Below, one piece after another: positions 1 through 12,875 of a stretch of DNA of 64,000 nt. Every line of letters starts with the position of its first letter. The stretch's first letter is position 1. Made by a program: the position numbers and the translations under genes. The notes below the pieces were generated by a model. The model had not been told where the DNA came from. It did no database searches and worked only from the letters and a program-made list of their open reading frames with translations. The stretch is from the NCBI GenBank assembly GCA_001244265.2, contig CDLV01000008.1:62001-126000 (forward strand), written 5' to 3'. Origin of the DNA: Microbotryum violaceum (taxonomy: Eukaryota).

Positions 1-1194
1 AGTAAAGAGGCAATATGATTCGGTCAGATGGAAGGTTGGGAGTGCGTATAAGCTCCCGAGAGCGCTTACGAAGTCGGCGAGCAAAGCCGGGTCGGCTTCC
101 TTTCGATTGTGGTAGATGATCTTCATGTCGAAGCCAAGAGCGCGCTTTACGAGAGCCTAAGATGAGACCAGCGTTATGAGTACCCAAAAGAACTCGTTCT
201 GACCAAATTTCGGAGACAACTCACTCGGCCGATACCGCCCATGCCAACGATACCGAGCACCTTCTGCTCGACGTCGTTCTGGAATGCGGGAGAACACCCG
301 TTCTTGAACTGGCCGGCGTGGAGCGACAACTGGGCCTTCCAGAAGTTGCGCAGGGCCGAGATGATGAGGAACATGGCAACGGTCGCCGTTCCGTGGTCGA
401 CGGCACCGGGGGTGTTGGACAGTTGGATGCCTCGCTTGGTGCAAGCCTAGTATGGGGTAGGAGGGCAAGGATGGATCAGTTTTGCCATCCCATTCAATTT
501 TACAATTCGTTCCTCGTTTTGGGAATGTGTCGTTCTCGCGTTGGACCAAGAGGAAGGGGCCACTTGACCCCGCGATCGCGAGGTGAAGTTGGCACGTGCG
601 GAAAGGGGCGAGCGAGCTGACCAACTCACGTTGACATCGATAGGCTGTGATCCCACGTCTATGACAGTCAGTGCACATGTAACTGAACCGTTGCTGTACA
701 GAAACGAAGAACTCACGTCGTATCCGGCACCATGGTGAGCCAGGATCTTAACCGAGGCCGGAAGCGCGTTGATGAGCTCGGCGTTGAGGGGCCCGATCGC
801 AGGGCACGAGTTGTTGTACAAGGCGACTGCCTCGGAGAAGCGACCTTTGCAGTCGGCGAAGAACTCTTCCCTGTTCTTGGAGTCGATGGGCTGAAAATAT
901 TCGTTTGCATTGTTTACAAGGTGGAGTACATTGGGGTCAGTTTTGGGCTTGTTTGGGATGGGGGGCGTCGTCGGATTTCTCTTTCCCGACGTGGGGGAGC
1001 GAAACGGGAACGGGGGGAGAGACGAGCGACCTCGTGAATGAAAAGGGGGGTGGGAACTTGACCCTAGCAGCGGAAGGAGCGGACCATCAGCAACTTACCT
1101 GGAAGGTGTACTTCTTCTCGAGTTCCTGTTGCTCTTCAGTGGCGTAGAGCACTTTACCGGCAACGAGGATCATGGGCTTGGTGGTGGCAGGCAT
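1..1194 (-). CDS. D-isomer-specific 2-hydroxyacid dehydrogenase (glyoxylate reductase-like), multi-exon, 3' end outside window
   Basis: ATG at 1194 (MPATTKPMILVAGK). Exons encode LPASVKILAHHGAGYD and the Rossmann motif KVLGIVGMGGIGR. Several GT-AG introns. Confidence 0.85.
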
Positions 1195-2190
1195 GGTGGG
1201 CAACGACGAGAATGAGAATTCGCGGAGATGGGTTGAGGAAGGAGGAAGGCGAAAGGAGGAAGCAGCAGCAGCAGCTCGAGCAGCGCCTATCAATTATCGC
1301 TGAGACGGAGGTCAAGCACCCCACAGACATCCGAGGACGCCAACGGCGCGACTGACGAGACACACTGCCTGCAGGTTTGGTTTTGAAATCGGTCAACCGA
1401 GGCTGACCGCCTGCCTGTAGCGAACGTCGGCCAACCCACGGTCGGCGCCAGCGGCGGCTTAGCGGCGCCTCGCCGCCTCCCCCGTGGTACTACCACTCTC
1501 CTCACCACGTTGCTCTGCTTCGGTGTAGCTTACCCCTCTTGAAACATTTTCCTAGATCTGTTGCATCACTCTTCAAACCTTCGCAACCTCCCACGAAGGA
1601 CTTCTCACCAAGCGAACGTCAGTCTTCGGTTTGGTGATCTCCGAGCTGAGGTCGAACAAACCCGCGTTCGGAACCGGCCCGGCCCGGCCGCGCGTCCACC
1701 CTCCGGGTGGGGTTCTGCGACAACCGCGCCCGCGCACGGTTGTTGATAGACGATCAAGTGGGAGAGGAGTGGGTTGGGGAACTCCGCAATCAATCCGCGT
1801 CGTTCAATGAGGATGGTCAGGCCAAGCCTGATCGCGAAATGACAATTGCCCGTACACCTTCTGCTGGCGTGTGACTCTTATGTCTTGAGTACAGTCCTGC
1901 ATCCAACAAAGATGACCAAATTTCACGGCGATCTCCCCAAGTACCACACGCCCCCCAAGTCACCGAGAGTACAGGGGCGGAGTCGGGAAAGGCGAGCTGC
2001 CGTATTACCCTTGTGTTCATCAACTTCCACATCAAACGTCGTCATGGTATAGATATTGCAAACTCGATATCTAGCAGCATCATTCTTCCCTTCTCTAGAC
2101 CAGGCACACAGGTCGCGGTCGAGACCCACGAAGCGGAGCCCCACCTCTCGCAACTCGAGCTAGACCACCCAGCCCTCCCTCGCTCACAGC

Positions 2191-5152
2191 TTACATGATC
2201 GTACATTCATCCTTCTTCGCCTTGGTTGTCGCGATACCCATCTCCGCAAACGTTGTCGGCTTGTTCAACGCCATATGCGTCGCGATCTCTTGACGTTGAG
2301 GGGCCGCTCCGGTACTCGAACTGCTAGGAGGTAAGGTCGAGCTCGGTCTCCGTGGACCGGCCGCACCGCCACTACCTGCATTCGGATTTGTGGACCCATC
2401 CGAGAGCAAATACCTCCTCATTGCTGGTGAAGTTTGGAGGGAAGAAGAGGCTTCGGTATTGTTTCGATTCGGCATCGGTCGAGGTCCCCATCCTGCCGCT
2501 TGAGCGGCCGCAGCTTCGACTTGCTTCAACGTGTCGCTTCTTGTTCTTCCGCGGATCGATCCCGTTCCCGGAGATGAAGGCATTTGTGGCGATTTGCTAA
2601 CGGATGTATTCGACATCCCATTAGATTGACTCATTCGCGGTGATTGATAAGCGTCCTGCTGACTCGGTGGAGCGGAAGCCGTTCCATCATACCCACTGCC
2701 GCCCTGAACTGATCCCGCCGAAGCCCTCGCATAGGTCTGCGCCAACCTCGACTTCTGTTCATCGGACCTCGCCTGAGCCTGGGTCCGTTTCCTTACCAAC
2801 TTCTGATCCAACTGCGACTCGTGATCGACGCGCGAAAGGACGTTCTTCTCCGACCCCTGCAGCGCCTCCAGGCGTTGTTGCGCGTCCTCATTCCCTCTCC
2901 CTGCAGCCCTTTGGTACCACCTCTTGGCCAATTCGAGATTGATGGGTCCCGAAATGCCGACTTCGCTGAAATACCCCAGGGCGAATTCGGCGCTGGGTAG
3001 ACCTCGATGGGCAGCCTTCTCCGCGAAGGTGACGGCGAGTGCCTCGTTCTTTTCAAAGCTGCCTTCGAAACCACAGAGGTACCATTTGCTCAAGGCCATG
3101 TCGGCTTCTACTTCCCCGTTTTGCGAGGCCAGGGCGTAGTATTGGACTGAGAGGAAGGGGTCGAAGAGGCATCCAAGAGTAGCGTATTCGTATGCGTAGC
3201 CCTGCAAATTAGATCAGATCATCAGCCTCTTACCGCGAACCAGTACTTTCGGGTCCTTTCTCGCAGCTTACCATCTTGTATTGCGCTGGCCCAAAGGCGA
3301 GATACGCTGCCCTTTCGATCCTCCATTTCGCTTCCTCCACATTGAGCGGCACCATCCCTTGTGGTAGCTTTGCCCCCGCGGTCTCGAACTCCCCATTAAG
3401 CAGCAAACCCAAAATATAAGGAGCTGTCAACAGCAATCCACCAAGTCAGCAAAAGAAGCGAGGTGAATTTGAAACATCCGTGCTTGACTCACGTTGCGGT
3501 GTATCAACATCGGCTACATCCGCAGCCCTCCTCAACAACGCCAATGCTTTCCCCGCGTCGGCCATCACTCCAATCTGACCCAACAAATAAGCCATCGCGA
3601 GGCGATAGGTGCTCCCACAGTCCCCCTTCTCGACGCCTCTTTCATAAGCATTGACGGCGCGTCGCACGTCGCCGAAATCTTCGTAGGCTCGCCCTATTCG
3701 GAACCAGGCTTTGACGAGCCCACCGTTCGAGGCGGCTTCAAAGTCCCGGAAAGCGGCGCTAGAGTCCTTGGATCGATAAGATGGGAAAGAGCCCGTCGAC
3801 GAGAGGTCGCCACGGAGATAAAGAGCCAACGGCACGGGTGTGCTGGAAGCGGCAGAGGACAAAATGAGGTTGAGTGCTTCGTCGGTCCAGCGCACGAGCG
3901 TTTGATCAGTGATGCGAGACGAGTTGCGCGAGATCGCTTGCTGTCGCTCGACGAACTTGAGTACTTGCTTGGCCCATGCAATATTTTTGTACATGTCGTT
4001 CGGGCCCGAGAATGCTGCCTCCCTCAGATTCGCCAAAGCTCGTTGCTGTCACCACCCGAGAGCACGCCACCGTGTGAGTGCCTGCGCGATTTATCAAAGA
4101 TGGGAATGGGCTTACATCGGGGTGCGTGACGCTAAGCTTGTAAGGCGGTCCCTCCTGATCACTGAGGTAATAGTCGGGTCGAACCGAAGGTGCGCGAGGA
4201 GGAGGGCCTGAATTCGAGAGCCCGAGTTGCTCGATCCGCGCAAGGGACTGGTCAATCGCCGAGTTAGGAGGGACCGTGCTCGTCGTCCGAACCTGGCGTT
4301 GAACGAAGCCGCCGCCACTGTTCTGAGAGTAAGAAGGGGCAGGAGCAGATGCAGATGGAGGGGGAGGTGGTGGGATGGTGCCGTTGAGCTGAAGGTAAGT
4401 GGGCATTTGCATCGATTGTTGAATGGGCATGGGAGGTGGGGGTGGTGGGGCTGTAAGGGGGTGCTGCGGAACGAGATTCGGTTGTTGTGCTTCGTACCCT
4501 GTAGAAGCTGGGGGCGCGTATTGTTGGGACATGCGTACGTCCTTGGGTAAAGCATAGTAAGGAGTGGACGCGACCTCTTGCGCGAAAGGGGGCGGGGGTG
4601 GGATCGCCATGGGAGGAAGAGGGGGTTGGTGGGCGTGGTAAGGACCGGAAGCCGGAGCTGGGGTGTAGTAATAAGGTCGGGCCTGCTGTTGAGGCATGCC
4701 ACCGCCTTGCTGAGCATGTATCGGCGGTGGGCCGTAGTCGTGCATGGAAGCTGGATGCTGTGGTGGCATTTGTTGCTGTGGTGGTGGTGGTGGTGGTGGT
4801 GGAGGCTGTTGAGGTTGTTGCTGAGCCGCGACGTGCGAAGCCTGGTTGATCAAAGTCTGGGTCGCCAACGTCGTAAGCGAAGACGAAGCCGGCTTGGGTT
4901 GCAGCGAGTACCCGTTCGGCGGAGGGAGAGCAGGTGATACACCTCTCCCGTCGGCCCAGTGGTCGGCCTGCGTCGCCAGCCGGTCGGTCGGAATCGTCGA
5001 AGGCGGCGATTGTGCCTTGGGAGCGGCCAACGAGGGAGGTAATAGGAACGGAGAGGTGATGGCCCGAGCAGCCGCGTAGCCTGGCGAGTGTGCAGAGGGT
5101 CAGTAAGATTCATACGACGTCTGGGACTAAATTCGGACTCACCCTCGGCCAT
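2191..5152 (-). CDS. Sel1-like repeat chitin synthase activator (Skt5/Chs4-like) with Pro/Gln-rich N-terminus
   Basis: Sel1 repeats (ADMALSKWYLCG, AEFALGYFSEVG, AKRWYQRAAGRGNEDA). C-terminal CaaX-like ...KKDECTIM. ORFs 3906-5030, 3446-4036, 3230-3436 and 2191-3207 join through GT-AG introns. Confidence 0.85.
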
Positions 5153-5585
5153 ATGTCGAACTTATAAGCGAGGCAGGCGAAGTGGGCACAAGTGGACTCT
5201 AAAGGCAAACAGATTGGGACGCGCGGCGCAAAGTGTCGATGACGTGCACAATTATTTGGCTTAGACAGAAGCCGTCGCAGCGGTCGTCGGCAGCCGCGGA
5301 GCAGTGATCGAGCTTCGACTGTTTCGAACAGTATCCGGGCTCGTGAAACGTGAGATAGGGATCTGCAAGCTTGTGGACATATTGAAGACAGGTTCGCATG
5401 ACTTCCTGAAAGCTATTTGACCGTGTGTAACACACTGTGGCCTGCCGTTTGATGCCAACGACAGCGAAAAAGAAAATATTTTCGCACGGGATAAAGTCAG
5501 TCATGGCAGTTATGATGTCTAACGAACGAAGAGAAGACACGCGTCTCAAAGAATCCCACCACCAAGCGAAAAACCAAATGCCCCA

Positions 5586-7174
5586 TCATGGATCCGTATC
5601 CATCGCATCCTCATCCTCCTGCATTCGTTTGGACCTCGCCCCCGCCCCTCTCTTCCTCGCCGACGTGAGCGATCCCCCACTCTTCTCCCGCATCATCGTC
5701 TCCGCACTTTCTGACTCCGGACCAATCCCCATTACCGCCTCATCCCCACTCTTGACTTCACTCGTTCCCGTCTCAACACTCGCCGAAGGTTCTTCCGCCA
5801 CCGTGCTCCCACTCGTCGCTGTTGCCGAGGACCTCCTCACATCCGAATCGGAATCGTGTCTCCTCGTATGTGTGACGTGAACACTCTTGACCCTCCTACG
5901 ATGTCCCAACGATCCCTTCCCCTCCGCATTATCCCCTTCTCCGCCCTCCTTCTTGCGCCTAGGGTTGAAGAACCCACACCTCGGACACCGGTATTGGATC
6001 GTGTCCCATTCCTCTTTGACGACCAAACCGTTGTGCGAATAGCAATTCGCGCAGATGAGCGCGTACTTGCTATGCGGGGAGACATCTTCTTGGTTCGCAC
6101 CAATCAAGGCGTCGGCGAGCTTATCGAGTAGCGTGCGGGGTGCAGGGGAGGAGAGGGCAGGTGGGAGAAGGGGTAGTTGGGGAGCTGAGCCGGCAGGTCC
6201 GGGTATAGTCGGTGGCATCGGCGGGTTCATGGAGCGGTTCGGGGTCGCTGCGTTCGACCCAGGCGTATGAACCGGTCCCGAAGGTGGGAAATTACCTCGG
6301 GCAGGAGTCGAAGGCTGTGATCCGACAGGTGTTCTGTTGGGCTGCGAGGTCAAGTTGTCCGAGAAGGATGATGAGCCCGACCAATTTAAGACAGAGCGAA
6401 TGAACCAGCAACTCACCCCGACGGTGTTCTTGGTCCCTTCATCGTACTTTTCCAACAGCGATCGGGTCGAATAGTATCCCGTCTTGCGCTTGAGCTCCTC
6501 GACCTTGTCCTGTTGCTCCTTCTTGAGCACTTTGAGCGCTTTGACTGAGATTCGCGTGAACCGCCCAAGTCAATTGAGTGGATGAACATAACAGCTTTTG
6601 GAGTGAAGCACGCCCAGCTCACTCTCTTTCTCTTGTTGTCGCCCAAAGAACCATCTCATGAACTTCTTGGTGAAGACGATCCTGCAACCCAAGCACACGC
6701 CACGTCATCAGCGCTCAACACTTGAACATTCGCAGCCGAACCTCCTCCTGGTCGATCGCTCACCCGACAGGCGACGCAATCACCGGCAGTACCCTCAAAA
6801 GCTTGTCGATCCCATCCGCGCGATATCTCAGGATAGAATACCACACGACCGAGTAGATGAGCCACGCGCCGATGCCGTAGGTGATGAAGAGCGCGTTCGC
6901 CCGCCTTTCGCGCAGTCGGATCGACAAGAGGTGGTCTTCTCGCGTTTTGATGCGTGCTTCCAAGGCACTCAGTACAGTCTCGTAGTCTGGTTCGGGTTTC
7001 TTAATGGGGAGAAGAGAAGTGAGATGTCAGTGGGCGCGTGGGAGGGGTGTAGGGGGGTAGATGACAGTTGAACAGCCCGGAGCTGGGTGCGAGAGGTGGG
7101 GGGACGGCGGAGTCACGAGACACGGGGGCAAGGCTGCGACGACTCACACGCCGGAACAGGTTCAGGAAACCCAT
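5586..7174 (-). CDS. LNP1: ER junction formation protein lunapark
   Basis: Myristoylation-type start MGFLNLFRR, two hydrophobic segments, the VEELKRKTGYYSTRSLLEKYD motif and the zinc finger YALICANCYSHNGL...YRCPRCGFFN. Confidence 0.9.
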
Positions 7175-7690
7175 CTTGGTGGGATTGAGCAAGTGTCAAA
7201 CGAATGTGGGGCAAACCGAGAGGGGCCACAGCGCAGAGAGCCAGCCGAAGGGCACAAAGTCGCGCCCGCGCTCGCCCCCGTCAGCCAGCGGTCAGCCGCG
7301 TCATCGATCGTCAGCTTGGAGCGTAGGCACCCCGGCAAATCCCGCGGGGCGCCCACCGAGCGAGGATGATTTCCGTGAATGTCCAGTCCAGCACGTCAGA
7401 AAGTAAATCCGGTCTGAGGTTTTGGGTCTTGTACCAACAGATCAGAAAAAAAGAGAAAAGATCGCAATATAAACGCAGGTCATTCAGGGGCAGCTCAGCG
7501 TCCCTGCTTTGATCAGGCACTGCGACTCGGCCACGGGTCAGCGATTTGGTCACCGAAAAAGGGGACGAGGCCCTAGCTAGGCACTAATAGCAGGCACCTT
7601 TTGAGTTGGCACTGCAACCCCCGCGTAAGGCCGACTCGCAGTCTTCCTTTCGCTCTCAACCACTTCGCAACACCTCTCGTTTCTACGGAA

Positions 7691-9223
7691 ATGGTCGAAT
7701 CAACAGCAACTCCTCCGGCGACGGTCATCCTTTGGGTACATCCGTGAGTCCAGTTCAACTGGACTTTGAATGTCCGCCTTCCTGCGAGCTCTCGCAGTTT
7801 CTCAAAGGCGCGGCCACGTCAAGTTTTCTGAGCGGGCTTCTCACGCGCCGGCGCAATTAGCGGATTTCATCCCCGATGATGTCCATGAAGCCATACCGCC
7901 ATGGACAACACGCCTCGGAACATTGACACACAACACAGTCTGAACGGATATTCGAGTAGAATCAGAAGCTGATTCGGGGCGCGTTCATCCGTCCCACAGC
8001 CGGTCATGTAGCACCATGTTTGAATGCGCGATCTTACAACGTCCCGACGACTTTGAGGTCCTTCACGAGCCGATGGGTAAGTCTCGACCGATGCGCGCAG
8101 CTGTAGGGGGAGCATCCGCTCATCGCAAGACTGATGAGGTGCAAACGATCGTCAAAATCGAACCCAAAGGGATCTGACCACCGAACAACCCAAAATCTAT
8201 CAAACAGGGGATGCTTTTTACTTCGGGCCTGAAAAGATCTCGAAGCGATATTCACCGGAGAAATGCGCGAAAGAATTTCCGCATTACGCCGAAGCAACGT
8301 TCAAGAAGGTAAATTACTGGATAATTGAATTCGTTTTGAGTTGTTTCCTTGTCCGATTAAAGCTTACATTCATTTGATCATTTCTGGAACAGACATGGGA
8401 AAATGTGATCAAGCCGAACGAGACGAAGCGAACTTTCTCCAAAGGTGGGGCTCGGAGATATCATCCATCGGTCTTAGAGATAAATGCTGACGTCTTGGGG
8501 ACCCTTTCAGACATGGCACAATACATCTGTAACCAAGCCTCTTCAATGGACATCAAATCCGTCCCTTCCCTCGGACCCGTCGATCCTTCGAACCCAACCT
8601 TGATCCCCAAAGACTCGCTTATGTCACCCTCCGTTATCCACACTTTCCTCATCCGCACTCCGTCGAAGGCCGTCCCGTCCTACCACCGTCTCTGTTACCC
8701 CGGTTCTCCCACCGGGTTCGAATACTGGGACCCCGAAGAAACGGGTTTGAGGGAATTGAGGTTGTTGTTTGATTATATCAAGAAGCAGACGGGCAGGACG
8801 CCGTTGGTGTTGGATTCGGAGGATTTGTTGGCCGATCCGGAGGGTATTATGAAAGTTTGGTGTGATGAGGTGCAGGTCAGGTTCGATCCCTCCATGTTGG
8901 AATGGAATGAGGGCACGAGGGAACATTTCGTGAGTTTGCTCTTCTTCACCGAGGGGTCGAAAAGTTTCTCCTGATCTTCGAATCTAATTCATTTAATTCC
9001 CGACCGCACCACTTCAACCCCGCAGAAAAAGTGGCCCGGCTTCCACACCTCTGCCGAAGCATCCAAAGGTGTCGGGAAAGGTCTCTCCAAGGACCATATC
9101 ACCCCTTCGAACCATGGGACCCCGAATGGCGTGACCCCCAAGTTCCCTGACGATGTTATGGAATGCATCGTTGCCAATATGGAGGATTATGAATATTTGA
9201 GGGGCTTCGTCAAGAAGGCTTGA
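7691..9223 (+). CDS. Sulfotransferase-like P-loop protein (family related to the N-terminal domain of BCAT-like proteins)
   Basis: Spliced N-terminus MVESTATPPATVILWVHP|RSCSTMFECAILQRPDDFEVLHEPMG, then FSKDMAQY, HTFLIRTPSKAVPSY and LVLDSEDLLADPEGIMKVWC...MLEW. Stop TGA at 9221-9223. Confidence 0.75.
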
Positions 9224-9480
9224 TGGGTCGAGTTGTCAAGGTTTTGATAGATTTCCTGTAGCTCCGTTCCTATGTCTGATTCATTTGTGCTCGCTGGTCC
9301 ATGTTCCTCATCTGTGCCCGGTGCGCTTCCCACGTAGTCCCAATATGCACATCCCTCATCAGGAGGGTTTTCGTGAAAAAGATCATCTTCCGATTCTATG
9401 GTATGCCAACTTTCCTAGAGGAGACTACAAATTTTCCGTTATCCTCTATCATCTCGGTCGTCCTTCTATGCGCCATCCAC

Positions 9481-11083
9481 CTAATGAACCCTCTTCAGCG
9501 CGAAAGCATACACCAACGCGACCAACGTCGCGATTACCAACGTGACCTTTAGCCTCGCCTTCCTCAACACCGGCGCCAGCCAAACCCTCCACAAACCCGT
9601 ACCGAAAGACATTCTATAGTCCGGTGTATCCCCATCCACAATTTGTTGCAACAACATTGTATGGAACAAGGTCGACATCCCCGGACCGATAAGTTGGAAA
9701 GGGATCCAACCGAATCCCGTATGTTTGATCCCGTACGATGGGGCACGGGCTTGTTGAGGGCTTAGAGAGGCGTCGAGGAGTTTGAGAGGGAGTGAAGGGT
9801 CCGCACAGGCGGGTCGTCCGAGGCCTACGAGATCGGTCGAGTTTGAGAGCAAGGCCTCGGCCATGCCTTCTCTTGTTCGAAGACCGCCGGTGAGTAAGAC
9901 GACAGGTGCGGGCGTGGGGAGGGATTCCTGGGGTAGCGACAAGAGAAGTTCTCGAGCCTTTTGCGCAAACGAAAGGAAGAACGCTTCCCGGTTCGATGTC
10001 GATTTCTTCGGCTTGGCCTGACCCTTCCCAACTAACTCATCGGGTGCTTTGTCCCCCAACATCGCAGGGTTCTCGTACGTTCCCCCTGAAATCTCAATAA
10101 AGTCGACCCCACCATGTTCGGCGATCCATCGTACGTGGTCGAGCGCGTCTTCTTCTGTAAGACCACCTTTGACATAGTCGGAGGAATTGAGCTTGATGCC
10201 CAAGGCGAAACCGGTCGAGAAGGGGATTTCGGAACGGATCGCGTCGATGATGCGGAAGAGCAGCTTGGTCCGTTTTAGGTTCGAGCCGCCGTAGGCGTCG
10301 GTTCGTACGTTGGTCTGGCGGGTGGGGAGGAACGTTAGTCTAACGGTAGAAAAAGAAGTGTTTGATGTAGGCACAGGCTTACCTTGGGACTCATGAATTG
10401 TGCCAAGAGGTATCTGAAGAGCAATGAGTGAAGCTAAGAATTCGTTCTCGGATTCCAAGGGGCAAAATCTTCACTCACCCATGACTGCAATGAAGCTGAA
10501 CGCCATCAAACCCTGACTTTTTGGCCAACAAAGCCCCTTGTAAGAATTGATCAACAACCTCGTCCAACTCCTTCTCATCCATCGCCTTGGGTTGACCAAA
10601 CATGACCGACCCCGCCACCCAGCCCAAAACGGAATCGGCCGGTTTGAGCAAGATGGCCGATGGAGCGAGCGAAGGTTCGAGCACGCCTCGGCCTGATCCT
10701 CGCATCGATTGACGACCGGTATGACACAATTGCATGATGGTAGGCACGGGTTTAGGTTTATCGCCATGACATGTCTCGGCCCATTTCGTGAATGCGTCCA
10801 AGGCCTTTTCATAAGCTTGAGGTTGATGTCGATCAGGAACGACGATATCGAGTGGGGTACCCAAGTGCCGAGACGAGACTTGGACGTTACCCGTGAGCAG
10901 AAGACCCCACCCGCCTCGGGCCCATTCTTCGTAGAGCTTGTAGTCGGCCGGTGTAGGGATACCTTGCCGACCGAGCATCTCTTCCATCGCGGCTTTGGTC
11001 AGTCGATTCGGCAGTTCGAGGCCGCCGGGAAGCGTCAGAGGGGCAGAGAGCGCTAGGACCTGGTCCTGGGCGGAGTGGGCCAT
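9481..11083 (-). CDS. NADH:flavin oxidoreductase / Old Yellow Enzyme family protein with hydrophobic C-terminal tail
   Basis: Motifs LPNRLTKAAMEE, GFDGVQLHCSHG|YLLAQFMSP, TNVRTDAYGGS, IEISGGTYE, LTGGLRT and DLVGLGRP. Confidence 0.9.
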
Positions 11084-11627
11084 GGTGTGATGCCTAGAGG
11101 TTTTCTTTCGGAAGAGGGGACGGAAGAAACGAAGGAAGGTCAATAGAGGGGAGAAGGAGAATGACGAGCCCCGGTGCGGGAAATGAAGCTCGTGAAAGCC
11201 GGGCCGCGCGAACGACTCGCGAACACGGCGACTCGGGCGACGGGCACTTCGGCGTGCAAACCTTTACCGCTCCGAGTCGGAAATTTAATGCCTATTCATC
11301 TCCGAGATGGAGTCGGACTCTGTCCCCACGAGACCGGTTGGGAGGAGATACAGTTAGGCGAGACCTTCCTCGCTCTCACTGGCAGCTTCTGGCAGCCTCT
11401 CTTTAGGTCGGGACCAGATCACCGAGCTCGAGGTCACGACCGGAGAGAGTTTGGTCACGTGACCGAGTCGCGCCGAGAGCCTCTGAGAGCGTCGGCTTGG
11501 CCTGTCGCGTTTCGACGTCTGCTGCCCGCTCCAGTCGAGCCCCCTCTGTCGTCACCACCTGTGTCGTACATCATACCCAATTGGTCTTGTGCCATCGCAT
11601 TCTCACCTCATCCCTCTCGAACCCTGC

Positions 11628-12530
11628 ATGGCCTCAACATCGACCCTTCCCCCATCTAGTAGCACCGCACCTTCCACTTCCACTTCCACCTCCACCTCCT
11701 GCCCGGCTACAACAACTTCCATCATCTCCCCTACCGAACTAGTTGCAGCATGGAAGAGGGAAGGTCTCTTCGACTCGCTGAGGAAACAACTCATCCATGA
11801 CTTTTCCCAATCGGTGCGTTGGGAAGATGCTTGAACGCGGTCGCGCGACTTGCAGTGGCCTCTCTACGGGATTGCGATGGCTGGAAGGTACCATGCTGAT
11901 AAACCATTGGGACCGATGATGGCAGGACGATAAGGATAGCTTTCTCAAACAATTGGACGAAAAGTTGGGGCAGCTCGTCGCGGATCCGTCGTTCGCTCGA
12001 CTGAACAAGAAGGATCGCTCCTTGCACCTCTACAACTCGACAGAGGGACAATCTCAACTACTACAACAGGTGTGTGTCAATCAGCTCAAAGATGTGTGAG
12101 GAATGATTCATGTCAGCTGTGCTCACTCGCACGAGTTGAATGTGCACAGACATCCGCAGCGACGGATCGACGACTTCGAGCCAAGCAAGCCGGCCAGTCC
12201 GAGTCGAGTTTGGAGCAAATTGAAAAAGGGCTACGCGCGACGTTGAATAGCTTGAGAGGGAAAGCACAAGTCGTCGAGGACGAGTCCAAAAACCCACTAA
12301 ATGACAAGATGGATGTGGAAGAAGGCCCTAATGGAGCGCCGGTGGTCGAAGAAGTCAAAAACTTGAAGGGTGAGCAGTTTCTCTCCTTGGGAAAGAGCAA
12401 CCCAGAGCTGACGCGGGAAGGGTAATGTAAAGCTTTGACGAATGGCTCAATGTCCACTCCGATAGACACAATAGCCGACACCAAGATATCTGAACCCTCC
12501 GACGGGTCGCCGAGGACAGCGGATCTATGA
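11628..12530 (+). CDS. Shg1/BOD1-like (COMPASS-associated) domain protein
   Basis: SPTELVAAWKREGLFDSLRKQLIHDF matches the Shg1/BOD1 N-terminal signature. The downstream exon structure is less certain. Confidence 0.65.
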
Positions 12531-12875
12531 CCCGTCTTCAGCGGAGATGGACGTCGGAACAGCCAAGTTCGTCACTAAATCTATGCATCTATGTTTGTTG
12601 TAGCAATAAACGATCGACGAATAGCGGATTACCAATACTTTAGGGGGCCGATCCCGTACATGTCTTTCGTTCCCGAATCCCGCTGACAAAGAGCGCTTAC
12701 AACGTGTACATTGTCAAAGTAAGGCAAAGTAAAGACAAGGCGTGCAAAATGAAATGTAACAAGATAGTTCAAAAGGGATAAGAAAAACGAAACATAAAAA
12801 CTAGTCATGCCATAAATTGTGGGGTATACAAGTCCACCCAAGGGGTAATTCATCCTCCTGTCTTCGTCCTTCACC

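Noticed and set aside
4578..4937. Poly-Trp and poly-Val ORFs
   Set aside because: They are antisense readings of the poly-Pro (CCA)n tract in the Sel1-repeat gene.
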